DNA of 14,354 nt from Salinispira sp. (GTDB lineage Bacteria > Spirochaetota > Spirochaetia > DSM-27196 > Salinispiraceae): assembly GCA_965226555.1 (NCBI GenBank), contig CBDDDG010000003.1:1-14354 (forward strand), written 5' to 3'. This document shows positions 1 to 8,030 of this stretch, one piece after another. Every line of letters begins with the position of its first letter. Position 1 is the first letter of the stretch. The notes beneath the pieces were generated by a model, which worked only from the letters and a program-made list of their open reading frames with translations, made no database searches and was not told where the DNA came from. A program made the translations under genes and the position numbers.

Positions 1-210
1 TGCGCTGACAACGAGATCGCAGTGAAGGTTCTTTTTTCCTGCAATGTAGCTGGGGTTTTCAATGCGGATTTTTTCCATGTCCAGCTTGGCAAGCGTTGTA
101 TCCTCACAGAACAGCCGCAGCAGGTCGGGAATCAGCCGGGGGGTTCTGTAGTAGGCGATCTTGAAGGCTATGTCGTGGATGTGGCCTGTGCTCTGGGATG
201 ATTTTTTCAT
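1..210 (-). CDS. Rpn/YhgA-like recombination-promoting nuclease / putative transposase (PD-(D/E)XK family), N-terminal part; runs off the window edge
   Basis: Not in the ORF track; translated by hand from ATG at 210: MKKSSQSTGHIHDIAFKIAYYRTPRLIPDLLRLFCEDTTLAKLDMEKIRIENPSYIAGKKNLHCDLVVSA. The HDxxFK start, LDxxxIxIExxSY and xDLV segments follow the Rpn family pattern. AGGAGG RBS lies 7 nt upstream. Confidence 0.75.
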   Translation of the reverse strand, partial: MKKSSQSTGHIHDIAFKIAYYRTPRLIPDLLRLFCEDTTLAKLDMEKIRIENPSYIAGKKNLHCDLVVSA

Positions 211-446
211 AAACATTCCTCCTACATCTGTGACGGGTAAAATGTCATTCTTGACTATGTATTTTGAAAGAATTTGAAAAGAAATTGAAAGAATGTTGTG
301 AATTTTTTTCAGGGAGACAGGAATGGGGAGGGGGCTGGTATGCTCTGTGTCGATATATTTTCCGCTCATACCATATAGACGGGTAAAATATGAATGGTGA
401 ATATGGGAAATTTTTTCAAAAAGTTTTATTATTTTGGGATATTACA

Positions 447-496
447 AAGTTTTGCTTTGCAAAATTGTGCTTGCACAATTTCCAGTAGCAAAACTT
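447..496. repeat. 50-bp imperfect palindrome, copy 1 (central TT)
   Basis: AAGTTTTGCT-TTGCA-AAATTGTGC-TT-GCACAATTT-CCAGT-AGCAAAACTT, symmetric about 471/472. Positions 461-496 match 2696-2731 except the two central bases. Confidence 0.9.
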
Positions 497-568
497 CTAT
501 AAAATAGGAGAATGATAAGCACAAAGAAAGCATTCCAAATGGGATATTAACCTGATCCCGAAGCATGG

Positions 569-612
569 CGACCAGCCCCGGATGCACAAACCTCCGACCA
601 GCCCGGACGCAT
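569..612. repeat. Short imperfect direct repeat CGACCAGCCC(C)GGAYGCA x2
   Basis: cgaccagccccggatgca at 569-586 and cgaccagcccggacgca at 596-612. Confidence 0.6.
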
Positions 613-748
613 CGCCAGGCCGAGCGGCAAAGTACTGTTCAAGAAAATCTGCGGTATTCTTTGCTGTGTTCTGTTCTCGGCGCGCGTAAAAATTGTTTAA
701 CATTTCGCGCCCCTCGCGGGCAGGGAGGTGGTGCACTTATGGTTGAAT

Positions 749-946
749 TCACCCTGTTGGATATTTGAAGCTTGCCGAACTAACGAATATATGTTTCTGA
801 TACTGTGGATTTTCCTTCTTTACCAGAGATTTATCGAACTGCACCTTGCCGTTGTAATGCCAAGGCGGATCGGCATAAATAATGTCATATTTCATACTCG
901 GAAGAGGCGGATACGGAAATCCATCTACCAATAACGTATTTTCCAT
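749..946 (-). pseudogene. Truncated MT-A70-family N6-adenine methyltransferase (N-terminal 65 aa only)
   Basis: KYDIIYADPPWHY catalytic motif followed by SASFKYPT, then a stop. None of the three frames downstream gives the expected LFMW/WGF continuation. GAGGA RBS upstream. Confidence 0.8.
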
Positions 947-995
947 ACAATATTCCTCTTCGAGAAGTGTGGCAGTTTTCTGAGAAACCTTTGCA

Positions 996-1032
996 TAAAA
1001 ACGGCGTGAGGGCGCACTCAGCCCCCATGCCT
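996..1032 (-). terminator. Probable intrinsic terminator of the lipoprotein gene
   Basis: Minus strand GGCATGGGGGC-TGAGTGC-GCCCTCACGCC-GTTTTT: an 11-bp stem with one mismatch and one G-U pair, followed by a U tract, about 20 nt after the stop codon. Confidence 0.6.
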
Positions 1033-1051
1033 GCCTGAGTTGAATTGCAAC

Positions 1052-2612
1052 TCATTGATAGGCAATAATCTCGTTATACCATGACGGAAAGGCTACAGCG
1101 TTCGGTTGTCCGCTGCCCACCTTGGACCTCAAAAACATATTGGTGACCGTTACTATATATTCATCATTTGCTGCATCGGTGTCACCCATATTATCTATGC
1201 CGCCATTTTCAAGCGTCCAATGATCCTTCCACTCCTCAAGATCCTGATTGAATGCGGTTGTATCACTGAACATAGATGTCATATCCGTTACCGAGCTGAC
1301 ATCCCAGCCGGAGATATCACCATTGAATGTGCTTGCAATAGTGAACATAGATGTCATATCCGTTACCGAACTGACATCCCAGCGTGAGATATCGCCATTG
1401 AATGTGCCTTTGTTACTGAATATACCTATCATATCTGTTACTGCGGTGGTAATAATGTAGTTGAAATTGCCAGTATCGCCCCAGTTTGATATCCCCGCAT
1501 TTACCGCTGTTTTCAGTTCAGCGTTAGTGGTAGGACTCTCAGTAACAAAGAAATATTCGGCAAACAGGATGGCATCTCCGGTTCCAGTACCATATACCAC
1601 ATATGTTCCTGCCGTTGTCTCCGCGCTAACCGTAAGCGTAATAAGTCCGCTGCTCGAATCGACAATCGGCGGGGTGACTCCAACGGGCGTAGCTGCGGAG
1701 GTGACCTTCGTAATGTCTCCATCAACGACCGTGATATTGCTTGCCCCCACCGTGGTCAAAGAAATGCTGAGCTCAGTGGCAATTTCAGGGGCAAGAGGGT
1801 TATCAATATCAGCCGGAACAATTGCGCTCGCTGACTCGCCCGCGGGAAGCTGCGTTGCAAAAAGCAACATTGCGGATGCAGACCATTCGCCCGCGCCTTG
1901 CGCGTTGACAGCGCGTACCTGTAGTTGGTAGTTGGCGCCGTCTGCCGTAATGCTGTGGATTGTGTAGGGAGAGTACGATGAGAAGGAAAAATGACAGACT
2001 TCTGCCTGCCCCTCGCTGTTTTCGCAGGCAATGCCGGAGCTAATGATCGTCCATGGCTCCGTGTCATCTGCGCGATATCGCAGCTCATACCCGGTAATGG
2101 GGCTGCCGCCATTATCGGTTGGCGCAGTCCATGTGGCAATGAGTAACCCATTGCCTGCTTCAAAGGTTGGAGCAGCTATTGTACCCGGCGCGGCAGGGGG
2201 CGCAGTTGGCGGCGCAATAGGTGTTGCCGTGGCAGATGCCGACCAGCCGCCGGTGCCCTGCGCGTTGACGGCGCGCACCTGCACGGCATAATTCATGCCG
2301 TTTGTCAGCTCGGTAATGGTGTGGCTTGTGGTAATACCGGTGTTAATCTCCATCCAGCTCTCGCTGCCGTCTTCCCGATAACGCAGGTGATATTCAGTAA
2401 TATCGTTGTTCGTGTTGTTCTCCCCCCACCCCCAATTCCATGTAGCAGGATCAACCCACGATGCGGTAAGCTGTTCGCTCCCCGCTGTGAGAGTTGGAGC
2501 AGACATGGTTGGCGGCGTAGTTATCATTGGACATCCAGAAATCAACGCAATAGCTATTGCGCAGAATGCGACAAGGGCTACCCCCCCCCCAACTGTATGA
2601 CGTAATTTTCAT
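1052..2612 (-). CDS. Surface lipoprotein with two fibronectin type III domains and BspA/DUF285-type repeats; frameshifted at a G10 tract in the signal peptide
   Basis: Two FN3 domains (LTASW...YHLRYR...YAVQVRAVNAQGTGGWS; LIATW...YELRYR...YQLQVRAVNAQGAGEWS) and C-terminal FNGDISxWDVSSVTDMTSMF repeats. AAGGAGG RBS precedes ATG at 2612. With G9 the frame reads MKITSYSWGGVALVAFCAIAIALISG-C (signal peptide and lipobox) and joins ORF 1052..2545, giving 519 aa. Confidence 0.85.
1245..1443 (-). repeat. 75-bp coding tandem repeat (25-aa DUF285/BspA unit), about 2.5 copies
   Basis: tgaacatagatgtcatatccgttaccga... starts at 1267 and 1342, with a degenerate third start at 1417. Confidence 0.9.
2581..2590 (-). 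repeat. Poly-G10 tract in codons 8-11 of the lipoprotein
   Basis: Ten consecutive C on the plus strand. G9 or G12 would be in frame; G10 is out of frame. Confidence 0.9.
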
Positions 2613-2690
2613 TATTTTGCCTCCTTGGCTAATAATTGTTTTGCCTCAGAAAAAATCTGACGGCTTTCACCATTGTTTCCGAGATTGTTG

Positions 2691-2731
2691 TTTGGAAAAT
2701 TGTGCAAGCACAATTTCCAGTAGCAAAACTT
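2691..2731. repeat. Palindrome copy 2 (central AA)
   Basis: TTTGGAAAATTGTGC-AA-GCACAATTTCCAGTAGCAAAACTT, 38/41 identical to 456-496. A degenerate related hairpin, GAAACTGTGC-GTCAA-GCGCAATTTC, follows at about 2750-2774. Confidence 0.9.
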
Positions 2732-2787
2732 TGGTATAGTAACAGTTGAGAAACTGTGCGTCAAGCGCAATTTCAATCTTATTGAAG

Positions 2788-2816
2788 ATTATACCTGATC
2801 ATAGTCTCTTTTGCAA
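2788..2816 (-). promoter_or_regulatory. Sigma70-type promoter for the lipoprotein gene
   Basis: Minus strand TTGCAA-17 nt-TATAAT, about 175 nt upstream of the ATG at 2612. Confidence 0.7.
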
Positions 2817-2897
2817 GCAAAATGAGCATAGCCCAAGTCTACCGACATTATTCTGTCAAAACCCCGTCAAAAAATTTGTTGGGGAAGTTCTGCAATC

Positions 2898-2926
2898 TTT
2901 ACACATCGCATATCATCTACTATACT
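2898..2926 (+). promoter_or_regulatory. Sigma70-type promoter for the fucose operon
   Basis: TTTACA-17 nt-TATACT, 60 nt upstream of the fucI ATG. Confidence 0.65.
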
Positions 2927-2985
2927 TCTGCTATTGTCTGCAAGAACCCAGAAAAACCGCTGCGGACAGTGAAGGAGAACAGCAC

Positions 2986-4788
2986 ATGAAAATAAACAGC
3001 GCATATCATACAGGAAAAAAACGCTACGCTGCTGCTGCGCCAAAGGTCGGTATACGGCCGACTATTGATGGAAGACTCGGCGGAGTTCGGGAATCGCTTG
3101 AAGATCAGGTAATGGGAATGGCGCAACGGGCTGCCGAACTTATATCTTTCTCTCTCAAACACCCCGATGGAAGCTCCGTGGAGTGTATTGTTTCCGATTC
3201 CGCAATTGGCGGAGCGGCCGAAGCCGCAGTCTGCGAAGAAAAATTTGAACGGGAAGGGGTCGGACTCAGCCTCACGGTAACCCCCTGCTGGTGCTACGGA
3301 TCGGAAACCATGGATACCCACCCGAGCCGTCCCAAGGCCGTGTGGGGTCTGAACGGCACCGAACGCCCGGGAGCTGTGTATCTTGCAGCAGTGCTTGCAG
3401 GGCATGCGCAGAAGGGACTTCCGGCCTTCGGCATTTATGGTAAAGACGTTCAGGATTCCGATGATACAACAATTCCCGACGATGTTGCGGAGAAAATTCT
3501 CCGTTTTACCCGGGCAGGGCTCGCAACTGCCTGGATGCGGGGGAAAAGTTATTTGTCCATTGGAGCTGTGAGCATGGGAATTGCCGGTTCCATTGTGCAG
3601 GAAGATTTTTTCCAGACCTGGTTAGGTATGCGGAATGAATATGTGGATATGAGCGAAGTTAACCGGCGGGTAAGCGGGGGCATTTTTGACACGGGCGAAT
3701 ATGCCGTTGCCCGCGAGTGGGTACGTAAAAACTGCCGGATGGGAACCGATCCAAATCCGCAACCCTATTCAGATGAGGAACTCTCCGCTGCCATGGACTA
3801 TTCGGTAAAAATGGCGCTGGTCTGCCGTGATCTCATGGTTGGCAACGAAAAGCTCATAAAACTGGGCTTTGGCGAAGAGGCCCTGGGGCACAACGCTCTT
3901 GCAGCCGGCTTTCAGGGGCAACGCGCCTGGACCGATTACCTGCCGAATGGCGATTTCATGGAAGCCATTCTCAATACCGGCTTCGACTGGAACGGCTTCC
4001 GCCAACCCTACATTATGGCCACTGAAAACGATAGTTTGAATGCTGCCAGCATGCTTTTCGGGCACCTTCTCACCAACACTTCCCAACTCTTTTCAGATGT
4101 ACGCACCTACTGGAGTCCCAATGCCGTACAGAAAGCCGCCGGATATACCCCCAGCGGCAGGGCGCGGCAGGGTTTTATCCATCTCATTAATTCCGGCCCA
4201 ACAGCCCTCGATGCTACCGGAAAGCAGCGCAGCGCAGACGGCAGCCCCGTCATGAAACCCTTCTGGGAAGTTACGGCAGACGAAGCCGCAGCCTGCCTCG
4301 AAGCTACCCGCTGGTGTCCGTCCATCCGCGAATACTTTCCCGGCGGCGGATTCTCAACAGACTTCCTCACTGAAGGCGATATACCGGTAACCATGTGGAG
4401 GATCAACCTCATTAAAGGACTTGGTCCGCACATTCAAATTGCTGAAGGGTACACAATCGCATTACCCGAGAAGGTACATGACATTCTGGATGCCCGCACA
4501 AACCCCACCTGGCCGACAACCTGGTTTGTCCCCACCCTCACGGGCGAAGGGCAATTTACCGGTGTGTATGAGGTGATGGCGGCATGGGGCGCGAACCATG
4601 GGGCAATAAGCTGCGGACATATCGGGGCAGACCTCATTACTCTTGCTTCTATTTTACGCATTCCGGTGAGCATGCATAATGTTTCCGCAGACAGGATATT
4701 CCGCCCTGCCGTATGGAAGGCCTTCGGGCAGGAAGCGGAAGGCGCCGATTACCGCGCCTGCAAAAACTTTGGCCCCCTGTATACCTAA
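2986..4788 (+). CDS. fucI: L-fucose isomerase
   Basis: [60 protein letters not shown] and WGANHG motifs. The start is moved from 2746 to ATG 2986, which follows an AAGGAG RBS (600 aa). Confidence 0.97.
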   Translation: MKINSAYHTGKKRYAAAAPKVGIRPTIDGRLGGVRESLEDQVMGMAQRAAELISFSLKHPDGSSVECIVSDSAIGGAAEAAVCEEKFEREGVGLSLTVTPCWCYGSETMDTHPSRPKAVWGLNGTERPGAVYLAAVLAGHAQKGLPAFGIYGKDVQDSDDTTIPDDVAEKILRFTRAGLATAWMRGKSYLSIGAVSMGIAGSIVQEDFFQTWLGMRNEYVDMSEVNRRVSGGIFDTGEYAVAREWVRKNCRMGTDPNPQPYSDEELSAAMDYSVKMALVCRDLMVGNEKLIKLGFGEEALGHNALAAGFQGQRAWTDYLPNGDFMEAILNTGFDWNGFRQPYIMATENDSLNAASMLFGHLLTNTSQLFSDVRTYWSPNAVQKAAGYTPSGRARQGFIHLINSGPTALDATGKQRSADGSPVMKPFWEVTADEAAACLEATRWCPSIREYFPGGGFSTDFLTEGDIPVTMWRINLIKGLGPHIQIAEGYTIALPEKVHDILDARTNPTWPTTWFVPTLTGEGQFTGVYEVMAAWGANHGAISCGHIGADLITLASILRIPVSMHNVSADRIFRPAVWKAFGQEAEGADYRACKNFGPLYT

Positions 4789-4863
4789 CCTGTATACCTG
4801 AATGGCTATGAGAAGCGAGTTTTTATCAATGCAAAAGTTTCTACGTGATATAAAGGAGCAACC

Positions 4864-5433
4864 ATGCTAAAAGGCATACATCCTATTCTTTCTCCAGATG
4901 CCCTTCATGCCATTGCATCAATGGGACATGGAGATGAACTCCTTATCGCAGACGGAAATTATCCTGCTGCGGCAAAGGCAAAAAGATTGATCCGCTTTGA
5001 TGGGCACCCAATATCGCTCATTCTCGCGGGTCTTCTCGATCTTTTCCCCCTCGATTCTTTTATCGCACAGCCCATTATTCTTATGGACGTACCGGAGGAT
5101 GTTGAAAACCCGCCGGTCTGGGAAGAATACCGGAATATAATTACGAAAAAAGATGTACTTTTTTCCCGCTCAAACGCGCCGACTCCGGCTCCGGCAACCG
5201 CATCGGCGTTGACAAACGCGCCGACTCCGGCTCCGGCAGCCGCGCCGACTCCGGCAGCCGCTCTGGCAACAACGGGACGTTCCTGGGAAAACTCCGTGGA
5301 ACATCTTGAACGCTTTGCATTTTATAAACGGGCAGATAATTGCTTTGCCGTTTTCGCAAGCGGGGAAACAGCGCTTTATGCCAATATCATTCTGAAAAAG
5401 GGTGTTCTGAAAAAGGAAGATCTGGCACTGTGA
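4864..5433 (+). CDS. fucU: RbsD/FucU family L-fucose mutarotase with an Ala/Pro/Thr-rich insertion
   Basis: MLKGIHPILSP, MGHGDELLIADGNYP, ERFAFY and GETALYANIILKKGV motifs. AAGGAG RBS. Directly follows fucI. Confidence 0.92.
   Translation: MLKGIHPILSPDALHAIASMGHGDELLIADGNYPAAAKAKRLIRFDGHPISLILAGLLDLFPLDSFIAQPIILMDVPEDVENPPVWEEYRNIITKKDVLFSRSNAPTPAPATASALTNAPTPAPAAAPTPAAALATTGRSWENSVEHLERFAFYKRADNCFAVFASGETALYANIILKKGVLKKEDLAL
5171..5270 (+). repeat. In-frame 42-bp tandem repeat with sub-repeats inside fucU
   Basis: caaacgcgccgactccggctccggca at 5171 and 5213, plus a further gcgccgactccggcagccgc. Encodes NAPTPAPATASALTNAPTPAPAAAPTPAAALA. Confidence 0.88.
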
Positions 5434-6905
5434 AGTATATTGCGGTCGATCTGGGAGCGGGCAGCGGGAGGATTGTGGCAGGCACCCCCGCCTCGGAACC
5501 CCTCACCCCCGATCCGCTCAACTCCGATCCGCCTCCCGCCTCAGGCGGGGCAGACGATGGGCTGGACATTCTCTACCGCTTCACAACACCCTCGGTGGTT
5601 CTCCCCACGGGCATACACTGGGACATTGCCGCTATTTTCAATAACATAAAAAAGGGTCTCCGCGCGGCATTTCTGAAGTACGGCGATGAAATAGTCAGTA
5701 TTTCCGTAGATAGTTGGGGTGTCGATTATGGACTACTCGATGCTGGCTCCGAGCTTATTGGCCTTCCCTACCATTACCGCGACCAGCGAACCGATACTAT
5801 CATGGATGGGGTCTTTTCCATTATCTCCGAGCGGGATATCTACGAACGCACCGGCATACAGTTCATGCAGCTTAACACCCTGTTCCAACAGATCGCCTTT
5901 ATGAAATCTCACCCTGATCTGTTTTCCTGCGCCCGCTCCTATCTTTCCATTCCTGATCTGATCATCTACTGGCTCTGCGGGGAAATGACAAACGAACGCA
6001 CACATGCTTCAACAACCCAACTTTTTAGCCCGCACCAAAATACCTGGGATCGTGAGCTCATGGATATTCTCAAGCTGCCGAAAACTATTTTCCGGGAGAT
6101 AGTACCCTCAGGAACCCCGCTTGCACCGCTCCTCCCGCAGGTTCAGCAGGAAGTTGGGGCACCTGCTTCAGTACAGGTCATTGCCGGTGCCGGGCACGAT
6201 ACACAGGCAGCATCTTTCACCGTACCTGCCAGCGCAGACACCGCCTTCCTCAGCTGCGGAACCTGGTCGGTCATGGGTATTGAAAGCAGTACGGCCATCA
6301 TCAGCGACACGGGCTTTGCCTATTCGGCCTCAAACGAGGCAAGCGCGCGCGGCGGCTACAATCTTCTGAAAAACCTGCTCGGACTCTGGCTCCTGCAGGA
6401 ATGTAAGGCCGAGTGGGACGCCGAACACAGGGTTAGCGCAGCGGGCACAGGATCTGCAGCTCGTGCGGCTGGAACGGCGGGCGCCGCAGAATCCGATTAT
6501 GCAAAACTTATAGAACAGGCGCGCTGCGCAGATGCTCCCGAGAAGCTGATTGATGTCAACAATGATATATTTCTGAAATCGCGGCATCAGGCAGGTTCCA
6601 TGCAGGAACGAATCAACCGGCATCTTTCAGAGAAGGGCGCGCAGCCCTGTACCGAGCGCAGCCAGATAGTGCGGGTGATCATCGAAAGCCTCGCCGAACT
6701 GTACCGGAAGACCCTCAATGAACTTGAAGAAATAAGCGGACGGAAAATAACACGGCTCCACATTATCGGCGGCGGCGCGCAGAATGATCTTCTCTGTGAA
6801 CGCACCACAGAGCTGAGCGGACGGGAAGTTATTGTTGGGAATCCTGAAGCCACCGCCATCGGAAATATCAGCATTCAGCAGCAGACAATGCAGAAACTGG
6901 AATGA
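5430..6905 (+). CDS. FGGY-family rhamnulokinase-like sugar kinase, probably acting as L-fuculokinase
   Basis: AVDLGAGSGR, DSWGVDYGLLD, YRDQRT, GHDTQAA, FLSCGTWS, GGGAQN and EATAIGN motifs. The GTG start at 5430 overlaps the fucU stop (GTGA). Substrate is inferred from operon context. Confidence 0.9.
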   Translation: MKYIAVDLGAGSGRIVAGTPASEPLTPDPLNSDPPPASGGADDGLDILYRFTTPSVVLPTGIHWDIAAIFNNIKKGLRAAFLKYGDEIVSISVDSWGVDYGLLDAGSELIGLPYHYRDQRTDTIMDGVFSIISERDIYERTGIQFMQLNTLFQQIAFMKSHPDLFSCARSYLSIPDLIIYWLCGEMTNERTHASTTQLFSPHQNTWDRELMDILKLPKTIFREIVPSGTPLAPLLPQVQQEVGAPASVQVIAGAGHDTQAASFTVPASADTAFLSCGTWSVMGIESSTAIISDTGFAYSASNEASARGGYNLLKNLLGLWLLQECKAEWDAEHRVSAAGTGSAARAAGTAGAAESDYAKLIEQARCADAPEKLIDVNNDIFLKSRHQAGSMQERINRHLSEKGAQPCTERSQIVRVIIESLAELYRKTLNELEEISGRKITRLHIIGGGAQNDLLCERTTELSGREVIVGNPEATAIGNISIQQQTMQKLE

Positions 6906-6926
6906 CTCTCCGACAGGAAAATAAGC

Positions 6927-8030
6927 TCACTTTATGGTTTTTGCATTACGACAATGTACTTCAGTAAGCCCTATTTGATACGAAGTGTAATTGATATCGG
7001 GCTGCCCCTGACGAGCATAATATGAAGAAAAACGCGCTAATACATCCTTTACAAACGAAGGTGAAATCTGAATTGAAGGCGCTTCGAATTGCTCATCAAT
7101 CTTTTCCTTTGGCAGTGTTGACAATTTTCTGAAATTCAAAAATCCGCCAGTGAAGGAATTAGTCTTAGGCAACCAGTGATAATATGCCGTATTGTTATTT
7201 CTGAATGCTTTTTCGAGTTCTTTTTTTGAGGGTTCGTTGGGAAATACCGTTTTACATGAATCTATTTCAGCAATGAGTATTCTATCTGTTTTAATACCGT
7301 TTTCGCCTCTTATTACAAGGTCGCAGGCCGGAGTCAAAACAACAAAGTAGTTTTCCTCTGTTTTCGATTTGATAATGCTGCCAGTGCGGATGCGGTTTGT
7401 ATGGGGTGGCGCCAAGTACATTTCTTCCGGGAAGTATCGATCTTCATCATTATCAAGAAGTTGAAGAAGGTGATTTAACGTATACCGAAGTAATGCTCTT
7501 TCTGTACGGAATGGATCAGTTTTACCGTAGACCACCCATATACCTTTCTGAGGAAGCAGATTTTTCAGAAATACCGTATTCAGCGCCTTTTCAATTTCAC
7601 CACGGCCTCCCATAATTTTCGTTAATCCGGTATTATAAATTTCCCAGAGCAGATCAAATATATGAACATATTCCGACCCAGGCTCTCCTTTCTTTAATAC
7701 TAATTCCCTGAGCAAATTACTCGATTCAACTGCATTAGGTGTACCAGTTAATATAACAACCGGAATTCGGAAACACGCATCTTCTATTTCCCTCACAACC
7801 TTATTTCCCGCATCCTTTTCATCTTCATTGCCGAGATTCAGATCGATAATAGCCCCATCGTATGTATTATTTAACTTATCGAAAGCGTCTGCCAAAGTTT
7901 TGCATGGCGTCAATTCAATATTCTTATTCTTATGTTCATCATTGTAACGGTCTATTGAATCCTCGCAGGTTTTAACATCTTCGTCATTATCTTCTACAAG
8001 CAGTAATTTGAAAGTACTCACCTCAGTCAT
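6927..8030 (-). CDS. Response regulator: N-terminal receiver domain, helical linker and uncharacterised C-terminal effector domain
   Basis: LLLVEDN acidic pocket, AIID63LNL phospho-acceptor, VILTG and LKKG give an intact receiver. The likely start is ATG 8030 (or GTG 8021), overlapping the kinase stop, rather than 8192. No HTH output domain is recognisable. Confidence 0.85.
   Translation of the reverse strand: MTEVSTFKLLLVEDNDEDVKTCEDSIDRYNDEHKNKNIELTPCKTLADAFDKLNNTYDGAIIDLNLGNEDEKDAGNKVVREIEDACFRIPVVILTGTPNAVESSNLLRELVLKKGEPGSEYVHIFDLLWEIYNTGLTKIMGGRGEIEKALNTVFLKNLLPQKGIWVVYGKTDPFRTERALLRYTLNHLLQLLDNDEDRYFPEEMYLAPPHTNRIRTGSIIKSKTEENYFVVLTPACDLVIRGENGIKTDRILIAEIDSCKTVFPNEPSKKELEKAFRNNNTAYYHWLPKTNSFTGGFLNFRKLSTLPKEKIDEQFEAPSIQISPSFVKDVLARFSSYYARQGQPDINYTSYQIGLTEVHCRNAKTIK

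Noticed and set aside
232..389. 12-bp direct repeat GACGGGTAAAAT (232 and 378) and TTGAAA(A)GAA triplet (264-293) as operator or iteron sites
   Set aside because: Too short and AT-rich to assign a function, and no cognate regulator is visible.
695..748. Integron attC-like site after the MT-A70 stop (minus strand ATTCAAC...GTTAAAC); ATTCAAC also follows the lipoprotein stop
   Set aside because: Only 54 bp with poor L-box pairing. The second instance lacks GTTRRRY, the upstream gene is a fragment, and no integrase is present.
497..934. Short ORFs 497..736, 565..768 and 728..934
   Set aside because: No recognisable motifs or good RBS. They overlap hairpin or repeat DNA, or lie antisense to the MT-A70 remnant.
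2400..2440. AAC-rich codons (NNTNN) suggesting a diversity-generating retroelement template
   Set aside because: No template/variable repeat pair differing only at adenines, and no reverse transcriptase in the window.
2746..2985. 80-aa N-terminal extension of fucI in the ORF track
   Set aside because: It covers the promoter region. The RBS and family homology start at ATG 2986.
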